DNA of 64,000 nt from Eledone cirrhosa (lineage: Eukaryota): contig OZ024742.1 in assembly GCA_964016885.1 (NCBI GenBank), positions 345,526,001 through 345,590,000 of the forward strand, given 5' to 3'. Positions 27,215 through 42,147 of the stretch are shown piece by piece. The notes beneath the pieces were generated by a model that worked only from the letters and a program-made list of their open reading frames with translations, made no database searches and had not been told where the DNA came from. The number at the start of each line of letters is the position of its first letter. Within the stretch, counting starts at the first letter, position 1. The position numbers and the translations under genes were made by a program.

Positions 27215-28592
27215 AAGAGTGGCGAAGAGATAGAGTGGGAGAGAGAGAGAGAGGAGAGGGAGTGAGAGAGAGAGTGAGAGAGAGAGTACCGAGAGAGAGA
27301 GTAGAGAGAGAGAGTAGAGCAGAGATAGAGAGTGGTAGAGATAGAATGGGAGAGAGAGAGTGGGAGAGATAGAGAGTGAAGAAGAGATAGAGTGAGAGAG
27401 AGAGTGGAGAAGAGATAGAGTGGGCGAGAAAGAGAGAGAGAGAGAGAGTGGAAATGAGATAGAGAGTGGAGAAGAGATAGAGTGGGAGAGAGAGTGAGAG
27501 TGGAGAAGAGATAGAGTGTGAGAGAGAGAGAAGGAGAGAGAGTGAGAGAGAGAGTAGCGAGAGAGAGTACAGCAGAGATAGAAAGTGGAGATGAGATAGA
27601 GAGTGGAGAAGAGATAGAGTGGGAGAGAGAGTGAGAGTGGAGGAGAGATAGGGTGTGAGAGAGAGATATAGAGAGTGGAGAAGAGGTAGAGTGGGAGAGA
27701 GAGACGATGGAGACGAGATAGAGTGAGAGACAGAGAGAAAGGGGAGAAGAGATGGAGTGGGGGAGAGAGAGAGTGGAGAAGAGATAGAGTGGAAGAGAGA
27801 TATAGTGTAGAACAGATAGAGTGGTAGAGATATAGAGAGTGGATAAGAGATAAAGTGCGAGAGAGAGAGAGAGTGGAGAAGAGATAGAGTGGGAGAGAAA
27901 GACTGGAGAAGAGATAGAGTGGGAGAGAGAGAAAATGGAGAAGAGATAGAGTGGGAGAGAGAGAGATAGAGAGTGGAGAAGAGATAGAGTGGGAGAGAGA
28001 TGGAGGTTGGAGAAGAGTTAGAGTCTGAGAGAGAGAGAATGGAGAAGAGATAGAGTGGGAGAGAGAGAAAGAGACTGGAAAAGAGATAGAGTGGGAGAGA
28101 GAGAAAATGGAGAAGAGATGGAGTGGGAGAGAGAGATAGTGGAGAATAGATAGAGTGGGAGAGAGAGAGAGTGGAGAAGAGATAGAGTAGGAGAGAGAGA
28201 GAATGGAGAAGAGATAGAGTGGTAGAGAGAGAGAGTGGAGAAGAGATGGAGTGGGAGAGAGAGAGATTGAGAGTGGAGAAGAGATAGAGTGGGAGAGAGA
28301 GACTGGAGAAGAGATAGAGTGGGAGAGAGAGAGAGAGAGAGAGAGGGGGGGATAGAGAGTGGAGAAGAGATAGAGTGGGAGAGAGAGAGAGTGTAGAATA
28401 GATGGAGTGGGAGAGAAAGAGAGTGGAGAAGAGAGAGAGTGGGAGAGAGAGAGAGTGGAGAAGAGATAGAGAGGGAGAGAGAGAGAGTGGAGAAGAGATA
28501 GAGTGGGAGAGAGAGTGGAGAAGAGATAGAGTGGGAGAGAGAGAGAGTGGAGAATAGATTGAGTGGGAGAGAGAGTGGAACAGGTATAGAGT

Positions 28593-28635
<43 letters not shown>

Positions 28636-29387
28636 AGAGATAGAGAGTGGAGAAGAGATAGAGTGGGAGAGAGAGAGAGTGGAGAAGAAATAGAGTGGAA
28701 GAGAGAGAGAGAGAAAAGAAGAGATGGATTGGGAGAGAGAGAGAGAGTGGAGAAGAGATAGAGTGGGAGAGAGAGAGAGTGTAGAAGAGATGGAGTGGGA
28801 GAGAAAGAGAGTGGAGAAGAGATAGAGTGGAAGAGAGAGAGAGAGTAGAAGAGATGGAGTGGGAGAGAAAGAGAGTGGAGAAGAGATAGAGTGGAAGAGA
28901 GAGAGAGTGGAGAAGAGATAGAGTGGGAGAGAGAGAGAGTGGAGAAGAGATAGAGTGGGAGAGAGAGAGTGGAGAAGAGATAGAGTGGGAGAGAGAGAGA
29001 AGAGAAGAGATGGATTGGGAGAGAGAGAGAATGTAGAAGAGATGCAGTGGGAGAGAGAGAGTGGAGAAGAGATAGAGTGGAGAAAGAGAGAGTGGAGAAG
29101 AGATAGAGTGGGAGAGAGAGAGAGAGTGGAGAAGAGATAGAGTGGGAGAGAGAGAGAGTGGAGAAGAGATAGAGTGGGAGAGAGAGAGAGTGGAGAAGAG
29201 ATTGAGTGGGAGAGAGAGAGAGTTGAAAAGATATAGAGTGGGAGAGAGAGAGAGTGAGAAGAGATAGAATAGGAGAGAGAGAGAATGGAGAAGAGACAGA
29301 TTGGTAGAGAGAGATAGTGGAGAAGAGATGGAGTGGGAGAGAGGGAGAGATAGACAGGGAGAGAGAGACTGGAGAGGAGATATAGTG

Positions 29388-29473
<86 letters not shown>

Positions 29474-29826
29474 TGAAGAGATAGAGAGTGGAGAAGAGAT
29501 AGAGTGTGAGAGAGATAGAGAGTGGAGAAGAGATAGAGTGGGAGAGAGAGAGTGGAGAAGAGATAGAGTGGGAGAGAGAGAGAGTGGAGAAGAGATAGAG
29601 TGGGAGAGAGAGAGAAGAGAAGAGATGGATTGGAGAGAGAGAGAGTGGAGAAGAGATAGAGTGGGAGAGAGAGAGAGTGGAGAAGAGATAGAGTGGGAGA
29701 GAGAGAGTGTAGAAGAGATAGAGTAGGAGAGAGAGAGAATGGAGAAGAGACAGAGTGGTAGAGAGAGAGATAGAGAGTGGAGAAGAGATAGAGTGGGAGA
29801 GAGAGACTGGAGAAGAGATAGAGTGG

Positions 29827-29891
<65 letters not shown>

Positions 29892-30170
29892 AGAGATAGA
29901 GAGTGGAGAAGAGATAGAGTGGGACAGAGAGAGAATGGAGAAGAGATAGAGTGGGAGTGAGTGTGGAGAAGCGATAGAGTGGGAGAGAGAGAGAGTGGAG
30001 AAGAGTTTGAGTGGGAGAGAGAGAGAGTGGAAAAGATATAGAGTGTGAGAGAGAGAGTGGTGTAGAGATAGAGTAGGAGAGAGAGAGAGTGGAGTGGAGA
30101 TAGAGTAGGAGAGACAGAGAATGGAGAAGAGACAGAGTGGTAGAGAGAGAGAGTGGAGAAGAGATGGAGT

Positions 30171-30241
<71 letters not shown>

Positions 30242-30935
30242 AGAGATAGAGAGTGGAGAAGAGATAGAGTGGGAGAGAGAGAGAGAGAAGAGAAGAGATG
30301 GATTGGGAGAGAGAGAGTGGAGAAGAGATAGAGTGGGAGAGAGAGTGGAGAAGAGATAGAGTGGGCGAGAGAGAGAGTGTAGAAGAGATAGAGTGGGAGA
30401 GAGAGAGAATGGAGAAGAGATAGAGTGGGAGAGAGAGGGAGTGGAGAAGAGATAGAGTGGGAGAGAGAGTGGAGAAGAGATAGGTGGGAGAGAGAGAGTG
30501 GAGAAGAGATTGAGTGGAAGAGAGAGAGAGAAGAGAAGAGATGGATTGGGAGAGAGAGAGTGGAGAAGAGATAGACTGGGAGAGAGAGAGAGTGGAGAAA
30601 AGATAGAGTGGAAGGGAGAGAGAGAGAGTGGAGAAGAGAGAGAGTGGAGAGAGAGAGAGTGTAGAAGAGATGGAGTGGGAGAGAGAGAGAATGGAGAAGA
30701 GACAGATTGGTTGAGAGAGAGAGTGGAGAAGAGATGGAGTGGGAGAGAGAGAGAGATAGAGAGTGGAGAAGAGATAGAGTGGGAGAGAGAGAGAGTGTAG
30801 AAGATAGAGTGGGAGAGAGTGGAGAAGAGATAGAGTGGGAGAGGGAGAGAGTGGAGAAGAGATAGAGTGGGAGAGAGAGAGAGTGGGAGAGAGAGAGATA
30901 GAGATGGAACAGAGTGTGGGAGAGAGAGATATAGA
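27215..30935 (+). repeat. Purine-rich satellite, ~28-34-bp unit (gagtggagaagagatagagtgg(ga)n)
   Basis: Directly visible; unit length varies with the (GA)n run. Confidence 0.95.
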
Positions 30936-31281
30936 AGAAGAATTAACTCTTGTAGTGAACTGGAAATCTATTTATTGACCAGAATTAAAGATATCAATCA
31001 CAGAGTAATTTGTATTCGAAGTAAAGAGAATCAACGTAAATACAGTAAAGCGTTCTTTCTGGCCTCACGCCTAATGACTCTACCAATACAATATGACAGA
31101 CTCCCTAGTCTTATTGATCTACAGGATAAACAAACCGAGTATACACCTTAATGTGGCTGGTGATAGGAAGAGCATCCAGCCGTAGCAGGCTTGCCAGACA
31201 ACGGGTTGGGAGGTCACTTCAGCCGTGTCAAACGCATGACAACTTCTCTTGTACTGGTGTACTCTATAGAACGTGAGACGC

Positions 31282-31341
<60 letters not shown>

Positions 31342-32018
31342 GATATATTAACAAATGGAGACTATATTTATAAAACCATATTGATTTCATTATACATATT
31401 TCAAGGACACCAAGTTAAATGATGGTGTGCTTTCATCAGATAAAATATAATATAGAGCAGTTTTATAAATAAATATTGACATACCCTTAAAGAATGCGAC
31501 CAATTCTGTTGGAAGCTCCCGAATGGTGAGGTTATAAATTTATTTATACTATTATGCAAATTAGTGTCGGATATTTTTATATCACAGTAGATTTAAAATA
31601 AGCCGTTGGGGTATGGAGAAAGGGAAAGAAAAGAAAGAGAAAAAAAAGAGAAAAAAGTGAAAAAAGAGCAAACTCTAAGAGGAAAGTAAGCAAACAAGAA
31701 AAAGAGAAAGAGAAAGAGAAGAAAAAAGAGAAAAGAGAAAGAGAAAGAGAAAGCTCAAGTGTTAGGTTGTTGTATTAGCTTAACTTTTAAGATGAAGTGA
31801 AAAAATAAATATTTATTGGATGAGTACAGAAGAGTAAATAAGCATATGGAAAATACATAAATAATAACAGGAGAATTTTAACCAGTTTTTAAATATGATT
31901 AAATGTTTAGTTTATCAGTTAAATTATCCATTAAATTATTGAGATCTATACATTAAAAATTGAGATCTATATATTATTAAAAAATCTATATATTATTAAA
32001 ACTATATATTATTAAAAC

Positions 32019-33246
32019 ATCTAGCTCAGGTAGCGGATTTTGTGGGCCTCTTTATAAATAATTCTCTACATAGAAAAATACCGGAGATGACCGGAGGTTT
32101 ATATCGTGACAACATCCTATTACTTATCGTAAATAATAACTGTGAATTAAATAGGAAAAGAAAAGAAATTATACAATTTTTTAATTACCTTAATCTAAAA
32201 GTAGAAATAGAGAATAACCATAAAATAGTTAATTTTCTAGATGTAACATTAAACCTTAACACATGTCTTCATTATCCATTTCACAAATTAAACGAGAACT
32301 GAAACTACGTTAATTTTAACTCTAATCACCCCATATCCGTTAAAAATACTATAGTGAATTCTGTACAGCAACGCATTTTAGAATTCAGCTAATAAGAATA
32401 TATTTGATGATAAAGCACATTATTACAACGAAACGTTAGGTAGAGCTGGATATAGAAATAAATTAAATACATTGATAATAATAATATAATAACTAACCAT
32501 AATCTTCACAATTTTAACAACTATAATAGAAAACATTACAATAATTCGGAAAACAAAGAAAGAAATAGAGCTAGGAATATATTATGGTTCGCTCCTCCTT
32601 ACTCATTAAATATTAAAACTCCTATTGCTAAACGATTTTTAAAGCTCTTGACAAATGCTTCCCTAGAACACATAGATATTACTCAAATTTTAATAGACAT
32701 ACTATAAAATTAACTTATTCATCCATCAAAGATTTAGCGTAGAATATTAATAGAATTAATAATAGAAATTTAAAAGCTAACCAAAATAACAATAATAACC
32801 GCAGCAATATCCAATTTGATAAATGTAACTGTAGAAATAAATCTAACTGTCCGTTAAATAACAATTGCTTAGCTAAAAATATAGTATATAATTGTAATGT
32901 AAAAACTAATTTAAATTCATTTAATTATGTAGGATCTACTTCCACAGATTTTAAATCTCGTTTTAATAACCATAAAAGCTCTTTTACGCATTTAAACAAA
33001 AAATCTTCAACTTCTCTATCTAGCTTATTATGGGACCTCAATTTAAAGAACGTTAAATATTCGTTACTTTTTGAATATTATTTCAAAGCTACTCCTTTTA
33101 ACTCCTCTTCAGAGAATTGTGATCTTTGTATAGAGGAAATATTCTTTATATTAAAGACCAAAAATTCCCTGAACGTAAGGAGCAATCTCTTCAGTTGCTG
33201 CAGACATAGATTGAACTCAACGTTTACATATAAATTTAAAATGTAA
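32019..33246 (+). pseudogene. Frameshifted PLE RT + GIY-YIG ORF (AT-rich family)
   Basis: AQVADFVGL..GGLYRDN..VNFLDVTLNL; WFAPPYS; CNCRNKSNCPLNNNCL..IVY..YVGSTS..RFNNH; CDLCIEE..CCRH. Confidence 0.9.
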
Positions 33247-33783
33247 TATATAATTAATTCTATTAATATATTGAACCTATCGATAAATCATTAGATTCCT
33301 TCATTTGACTGCTTAAACTCTGAAATATATTAAAAAAATAAATAAATAAAAAATGTTTTCCTAAACAAAAATGTTTCTAGATAAACATACTGAAAGCTCT
33401 TAAAAGGGGAAAATGTTTTGTTTGAAAGTTTCTCCTATTTTTGAAAGTTTCTCTTTTGAAAGTTTCTCTTTCTTTTTCTTTGAAAATTTCACATATGGTT
33501 ATAAAAATTAAGTTAAATATACTGAGAGTTAAATATTATATTAAAAAAATTTAAATTTTTATACTGAATTTTTAAACATATTCTTATTTTAAAATTATAT
33601 CTTAAAATATTCTGTGATATTTTTTTTAATTATATTGCTTTAAAGTTATATGGCTTAGAATTGTAAGAATATATTTCCAAATCGTAATATAATTCATTTT
33701 TATTTTATTTTTTATTATTTTATTTTTATTTTATTTTATTTTATATATTATGTACTTCAATTATACTATGTACTGTATTTTTA

Positions 33784-34457
<674 letters not shown>

Positions 34458-34464
<7 letters not shown>

Positions 34465-35001
34465 TAAAATAACAGATTAAATTTTAAGCAAAGAATCGCT
34501 GCTTTCAACTTCTGCTATACCATTTACGTGGTTTTGTCTTTGCGTGCTATTGTTCTCCACGCTCCACATATGACGTATTATCTTCGTTTTTTCGTTCATT
34601 GCCAGAGAACGTCTCTATGCACCACCTAAGAGAACATTAGTCTACGACCTCTTTTATACCATAAACGTGGTTCTGTCTTTGCGCTTAATTGTTTTTCACC
34701 GCTCCTATTAATGACGTATTATTCGTTTTTTCCCGTTCTTCGCCAGCGAACGTTTCCACGAACCAAAGTATCGTCTTCCTGTCTTCCTCCGGTTGCAACG
34801 TTTTTTGAAATATCCACTTCTGCGTTTACAGATTGACTTTGTTAGTTTCAGAAGATCCCGTTAAGGGTGAAAGCAGCGATTCTTTGCTTAAACTTTAATC
34901 TGTTATTTTAATAAATATTTGCTCTACGGTTCTTATATATTTCATATATATTTATCCTTATCGAGCCCTCTTTGGATTTTAGTCTTCAAATTTATTATTA
35001 T

Positions 35002-35003
<2 letters not shown>
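34458..35003 (+). mobile_element. Family A PLE terminus: short inverted 5' copy, body with ~140-bp tandem duplication, HHR-like motif 34844-34894, tail
   Basis: 34458-34508 is the reverse complement of 34868-34918; AGTTT-CAGAAGA-TCCC-gttaa-GGGT-GAAA-GCA..TGC-TT-AAACT. Confidence 0.8.
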
Positions 35004-35048
<45 letters not shown>

Positions 35049-36983
35049 GCCCCCTCCAAATCGGACCTTGGTAGACTTAGCAAATCAATCATTGACCGAA
35101 TCTTACCTGAACTTAAGATTAGAACGGAACTCAGCCTATGGTCTTGTACAAAGGAGATAATAGACTGGTTTTATGCCATTGAAACTAAGTCGAATGTTCG
35201 ATTAGTCCAATTGGACATTACGATCTACTACGCATCTATATCCCCAATCATCCTTAACAAGGCACTGATCTCAGCCATGAACCGATCAAGCCTCACTAGA
35301 AGAGAAGTAGACATTATAATAACAGCTAGGAAAACTTTACTAGAATTCGACGGTAGACTTTGGGAACGACAGAATAGACCAGATAGCTTCGACATCACCA
35401 TGAGATCGACTGACTCGGCACAGGTTACAGATGTAGTAGGCATATACCTCCTAAACATATTAACGGACAAGATCCCCTCCTTGGGCGGTGGCTTATACCG
35501 GGATGATGCCCTACTAATGACCCGTGGACTCAATAACAGCCAACTGAATAGAATACACAAACGACTTAGGTATATCTTTAAGACCCAAGGTTTAGCAGTA
35601 GAAATTGAACCTAACAATAGGACAGTTAACTTCTTAGACGTCACCCTAGAATTAGACTCAGGCATCTACCGTCCATACCACAAACCTAATGAAAATCTTA
35701 GATACGTCAATAGACACTCCAACCAACCTAAGAGCATAATTAACTCTATAGTTAAAAGTATCTCCAACAGAGTGTCCACACTGTCGGCCAACGAAAACAA
35801 CTTCAAGCAGTACGCGGAATACTATGACTCCGCACTTATAAACGCTGGTTATACTGAGAAGATTTCTTACATCGACCCTAATAGAACCGCAACACAGCTA
35901 AACATAGGAGGACCCTTAGAAACGAACTTAGAAGAAACCTCCACACATAGGACACACAATAACCTTAGACGCCCCTAGCCGGCAGCGCAGACAGCACCAC
36001 ACATAACTGTCTAGCAGATAAAGCCATACTCTCCAGCCCCAATAACAACTCTGACTATCGCACACGTTTGCGTACCAATAGAGACAAGGAACATAACGCC
36101 AATAGATTACCTGGAACCTATTTGAAACACACGCCTGACCAAAACACACACAAACTCACTAAACAACGCATAAACCGAAGTAGACCTGTCACGTGGTATA
36201 ACCCCCCACCCCTATTCTATACACGTCGCCACTAACATATCGGGAACCTTTTTCAGGGCCCTCGAACAATCTTTTCCACACACACACAAATACCACAAGC
36301 TCTTCAATAAACACACCGTAAAATTCTCTTTCTCCACAGCACCAAACCTAGGCCACACAATAGCACACAATAATAGGGCAAAAATACAAAAACACATAGT
36401 TTCCACCCAACAAACCACCACCACAACCCAGAACGAAACCACACACACAACACAACACAACAACACACACACCACACCAACACCGCACGACACCAACCGC
36501 CAACGTTGCACCGCATCGGTTACTCACAAATGCAACTGCAAAAAACGAGACCAATGCCCACTAAACGGGGAGTGCCTCGTTAAGAATATTGTTTACCAGT
36601 GCGATGTCACAGCCGGCAATAAGGAGTACTCATATATAGGTGCGACATCCACTACGTTTAAGGAGCGCTGGTATAACCACAGAAGATCCTTCAAACATAG
36701 ATCGAAACGACTCCAAACAAAACTGGCCGATCTGATCTGGGACCTCAAGGACAGGAATATTGAACCCCGGATCTCGTGGTCAGTAAAAAGACGTGTGGCA
36801 TACATCCCCAGTGACAGAAACCACTGCAGATTGTGCCTAGCTGAGGCGGCGGAAATAATTAAACTTGATTCCGCCATAAACTATAGGTCGGACATAATTG
36901 TCAATTGCAGACACACTAGAATGCACACTTTTTCTGCACAAACTTTCGCGGGAAGACCACGCACTAACCATGACCCACCATAA
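35049..36983 (+). pseudogene. Interrupted PLE RT + GIY-YIG ORF
   Basis: PSKSDLGRLSK..IDWF..QLDITIYYASI..SAQVTDVVG..GLYRDD..VNFLDVTL; CNCKKRDQCPLNGECL..IVY..YIGAT..ERWYNH..CRLCLAE..CRH. Confidence 0.9.
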
Positions 36984-39113
36984 TAATAACCACACATGCC
37001 CCGTATCACCGTCGCCCATCTCAAGGAACTTTAACTCTAATCTAACTTCACTTTATCTTATTTCATTTCATTGAATTTAACCATATGTAAGCCCGTATTT
37101 TGTATATCATGCCGCATACATAACCCACACCAAAAATCAATCTAACCATGACACACCATATTAATAACCACATATACCCCGTCTCAACATCGCCCACCTC
37201 AATGAACTTATTGTATTGTACTCCATGTTACCATTTCTAAGCCCGCATTTCTATATCATGCCGCACACATCACCATCACCACCACCAAAATTCACATCAA
37301 CATACACACCTCATAGTTGCAACATCGTATTAGATCGGTATCCTATGATACGTTCTACCTTGCAATCCACAATGACAAGGGACCTTGTAAATACAATGTC
37401 GATCATATCACACCATCGCCACCACCACCACCACACATCGTCATGTGCCTACCATACACGCCTACAACCTCATCCCCCCATGTTCCCTCTATCTACCCTA
37501 ACCTACAACCCCACGCTAAATTCGACCCTGTAACTGTACTGTCGCACGCACACACAACCACCGCCACCACTGAAAACATCCACATACTTCAACAATCATT
37601 ATCATTAACATCATCAACACATATCATCCCTCGCTCCCAAAATCGAATGTATTATATATCCCCCCCCCCGTCTGCCTACCATATAACACACCGTAACCTC
37701 TGATCATGTAATCATCTTGTTGAACATATCCCCCCAACACCACCACCATCACCATGTCCACAACACACATCGCTGTACGTCCATAAACGCTTTTCCCCCG
37801 CGTTCCCTATGTCACCTTTTAACCGGTATTCGATCCGGTATATATATTTTTGTCCCTCACAAACCCACCACCACCACCACAAAACACAACTCCATACTTC
37901 ATCAATACCGACAACACATACCTCCACTCCCCAACCAACAATAGTGTGTGTGTCTGTGTGTAAGTATTTTTACTCATACGGGCGTTTTAAGTGTGCGTGC
38001 GTGTACGCAAATTTATGTGTATGTGTGTGTATGTGTATGTCAACACATGTGTATGCATATGTCTATGTGTGTGTATATATATATCTGTATATATATATAT
38101 ATATGTGTATGTGTATGCATATGTGTATGTGCGTGTATATATGTATGTGTATGTATGTGTGTGTATGTGTACGTCTACATATATGGGTAAATCTGACTGT
38201 ATGTGTGGGTGAGCTCATATATGTGCATGTATGTGTATATGTGCGTGTATGTGTGTGTTGTCGGTACATGTGTGTGTATATATATATATATATGTATATA
38301 TATATGTGTGTGAGTATACGTGTGTGCGAGTGTGTATGTGTATATCTTGCATACATGAGTGTGAGTCCATGTGCCCATACCCATGTGTATGTATGTGTAT
38401 GTATATATGTAAAACACCTTCTACATCGCCTCTCACCTTCCCCCCATCTCTGTCGTTCACCACCCCAACCGATACTCCCCCACTCTCCATATTCGTGTCC
38501 GCATGCGCGCATACACATACATGTGTGTACATATACATATGGCTGTGTGTGAGCGTATGCCGATATGTGTGGGCAAGGATGTGCGTATGTGTTTTATGTT
38601 GTGTGTGTTTATACAACAATATATGTGCACATATATACATATATGTGTGTACGTATACGTATATACAAGGTATGAGTCAGACGAAGAGCGTCTAAATATG
38701 TATCTATGTAAGGACCTGACGCCACCAATACATCCACCACACCACCACAAACTCCGCTACCATAGACAACGGCACCACTACCACACCCCCACCCACACGC
38801 CAACCCGTCTATTGACAATCCACTAACCTCATACCACAGCCCATCCCACTAAATAACCTTAACCGCCACCATATCATCACATCCACCCCCACATACTCTA
38901 TACGCCAAGGCCAACCCACCACCACCACACCACAGCCTACCTCATCCACAGACCGTCACCAACATCTCACCATCACACCCACCCCCATATACACTACAGG
39001 CCAATACATCGCCTTGATCCTTCCCACCAATCAAAACAACTCATTTTGTCAAACTCTTGAAACTCTGACTTTACCACATAGCATGTATTTCATTTTCTTA
39101 TAGCATTTTAAGA

Positions 39114-39200
39114 GGGTCCGTCGAGCTGCCGATTATTGTGTCGGGTAGGATCGATATAGATCGAACCTTGAGCTGATCAGTGGCGAAACGCGCGTCACCT
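39114..39200 (+). ncRNA. HHR-like motif, family D (CCGTCGA core, 60-nt stem II)
   Basis: GGGT-CCGTCGA-GCTGCcGATTA..TGATCaGTGGC-GAAA-CGCGCG-TC-ACCT. Confidence 0.55.
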
Positions 39201-39241
39201 ATCAATAAATGCAATGAAGGAATAATCAATCGTCCTTTTTA

Positions 39242-39338
<97 letters not shown>

Positions 39339-40219
39339 ATGCATATCTACCTGTATGTGTATGTATGTCTATGTGTATCTATGTGGGGGTTGTGTGTATA
39401 TATATATGCATAAAATTCGAATGCACTCGTTTATAAGGGCTTTCTTAAGGTTCGTGATAAACAAACTTATATGATAACAGTCACAACTACATAACAGGTG
39501 AAGAAAAAAGTTTGATCGCTGCAGCGAGCTAAGATTACAGTAACATTATTAGATATAAAATTTATTAAATTTATTAAATAATATAAGTTTTGTATAATAA
39601 CATAAGGTTTGTATAATCTTAAATTTCCTTTATTATCTTAACATTTGTAACATTTAATATAAGTAAATAACTTAATTTCCCTCACGCTGTTTTGCTATTA
39701 CATAGAAATGATTTTCTCCGGTTTTTCTAAGGGTTTCTATGAATATTCCTATATCTTAAACATAAAAAGTCCTTTATTGTATCTATGTATATGTATATAT
39801 GTGTAGGGAGAGATGACCCCTTAGCCTTTGTCAAGGCAGAATTCTAGGAGAAGGAAAACTCTGATATAACACCTGCAACCCTCATGGTATCCAATGATGT
39901 TGACTTGTTCTACTTTTTGGTAAATATCATCTTGGTTAAGAGAGTGGGACTGGCTCTGTGCAATGCCTTTGCTCACTATAAAAGCTTCATGGCACAGGCA
40001 TTGCTTTATATCTGGAGATCTCTCTGCACTTGTCACATGGTACCATGGGCCCAGCACTATGTGTCAATAATTGTCACAAGTGTAGTGTTTGTACCAGAGT
40101 TTTCAAGTCGCTGGCTGGACTCAAAAGTCACACTCGTTCAGCGCATCGGTAGGGGTTCTCCTACATGGATATAAAGTAGTGGCCGTACTCGAAAACGAGT
40201 TGGCAGCCACCATATGTGT

Positions 40220-40336
<117 letters not shown>

Positions 40337-40929
40337 CATGTATATATATCTATGTGTGCATATGTCTATATATATGAATATATTCTTTTAATAATATATA
40401 GATCTCAATTGTTAATGTATAGATCTCAATAATTTAACGGATAATTTAACTGATAAACTAAACATTTAATCATAGTTAAACACTGGTTAAAATTCTCCTG
40501 TTATTATTTATGTATTTTCCATTCATGCTTATTTACTCTTCTGTACTCATACAATAAATATTTATTTTTTCACTTCATCTTAAAAGTTAAGCTAATACAA
40601 CAATCTATCACTTAGAACTTTCTCTTTCTCTTTCTCTTTTCTCTTTTTTCTTCTCTTTCTCTTTCTCTTTCTCTTTTTCTTGTTTTCTTACTTTCCTCTT
40701 AGAGTTTGCTCTTTTTTCTCTCTTTTCTCTTTTTTTTCTCTTTCTTTTCTTTCCCTTTCTCCATACACCAACGGCTTATTTTAAATGTACTGTGATTTTA
40801 AAATATCCGACACTAATTTGCATAATAGTATAAATAAATTTATAACCTCACCATTCGGGAGCTTCCAACAGAAATGGTCGCATTCTTTAAGGGTATGTCA
40901 ATATTTATTTATAAAACTGCTCTATATTA

Positions 40930-40994
40930 TATTTTATCTGATGAAAGCACACCATAATTTAACTTGGTGTCCTTGAAATATGCATAATGAAATA
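40930..40994 (+). ncRNA. Type I hammerhead ribozyme, family B, at the 3' end of the outer PLE
   Basis: TATTTTAT-CTGATGA-AAGcACACCA..TGGTGTcCTT-GAAA-TATGCA-TA-ATGAAATA; antisense twin near 31383-31448. Confidence 0.75.
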
Positions 40995-41124
40995 AATATG
41001 GTTTTATAAATATAGTCTCCATTTGTTAATATATCGTATTTTTACTCCAATAATTTGTTGAGTGCTTTATATCAGTTATAAAAATATTTGCTTGTTGTAT
41101 CCCAACAATTTAAATAGAACTTCT

Positions 41125-42064
<940 letters not shown>

Positions 42065-42086
42065 TATATAAATATAGATTATATAT

Positions 42087-42145
<59 letters not shown>

Positions 42146-42147
<2 letters not shown>

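Larger units (their letters stand above)
35047..39245 (+). mobile_element. Inner 5'-truncated Naiad-type PLE with long low-complexity 3'UTR and terminal HHR-like motif
   Basis: RT/EN 35049-36983, AC- and TG-rich UTR, HHR-like motif 39114-39200, AATAAA at 39204, microsatellites on both sides. Confidence 0.8.
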
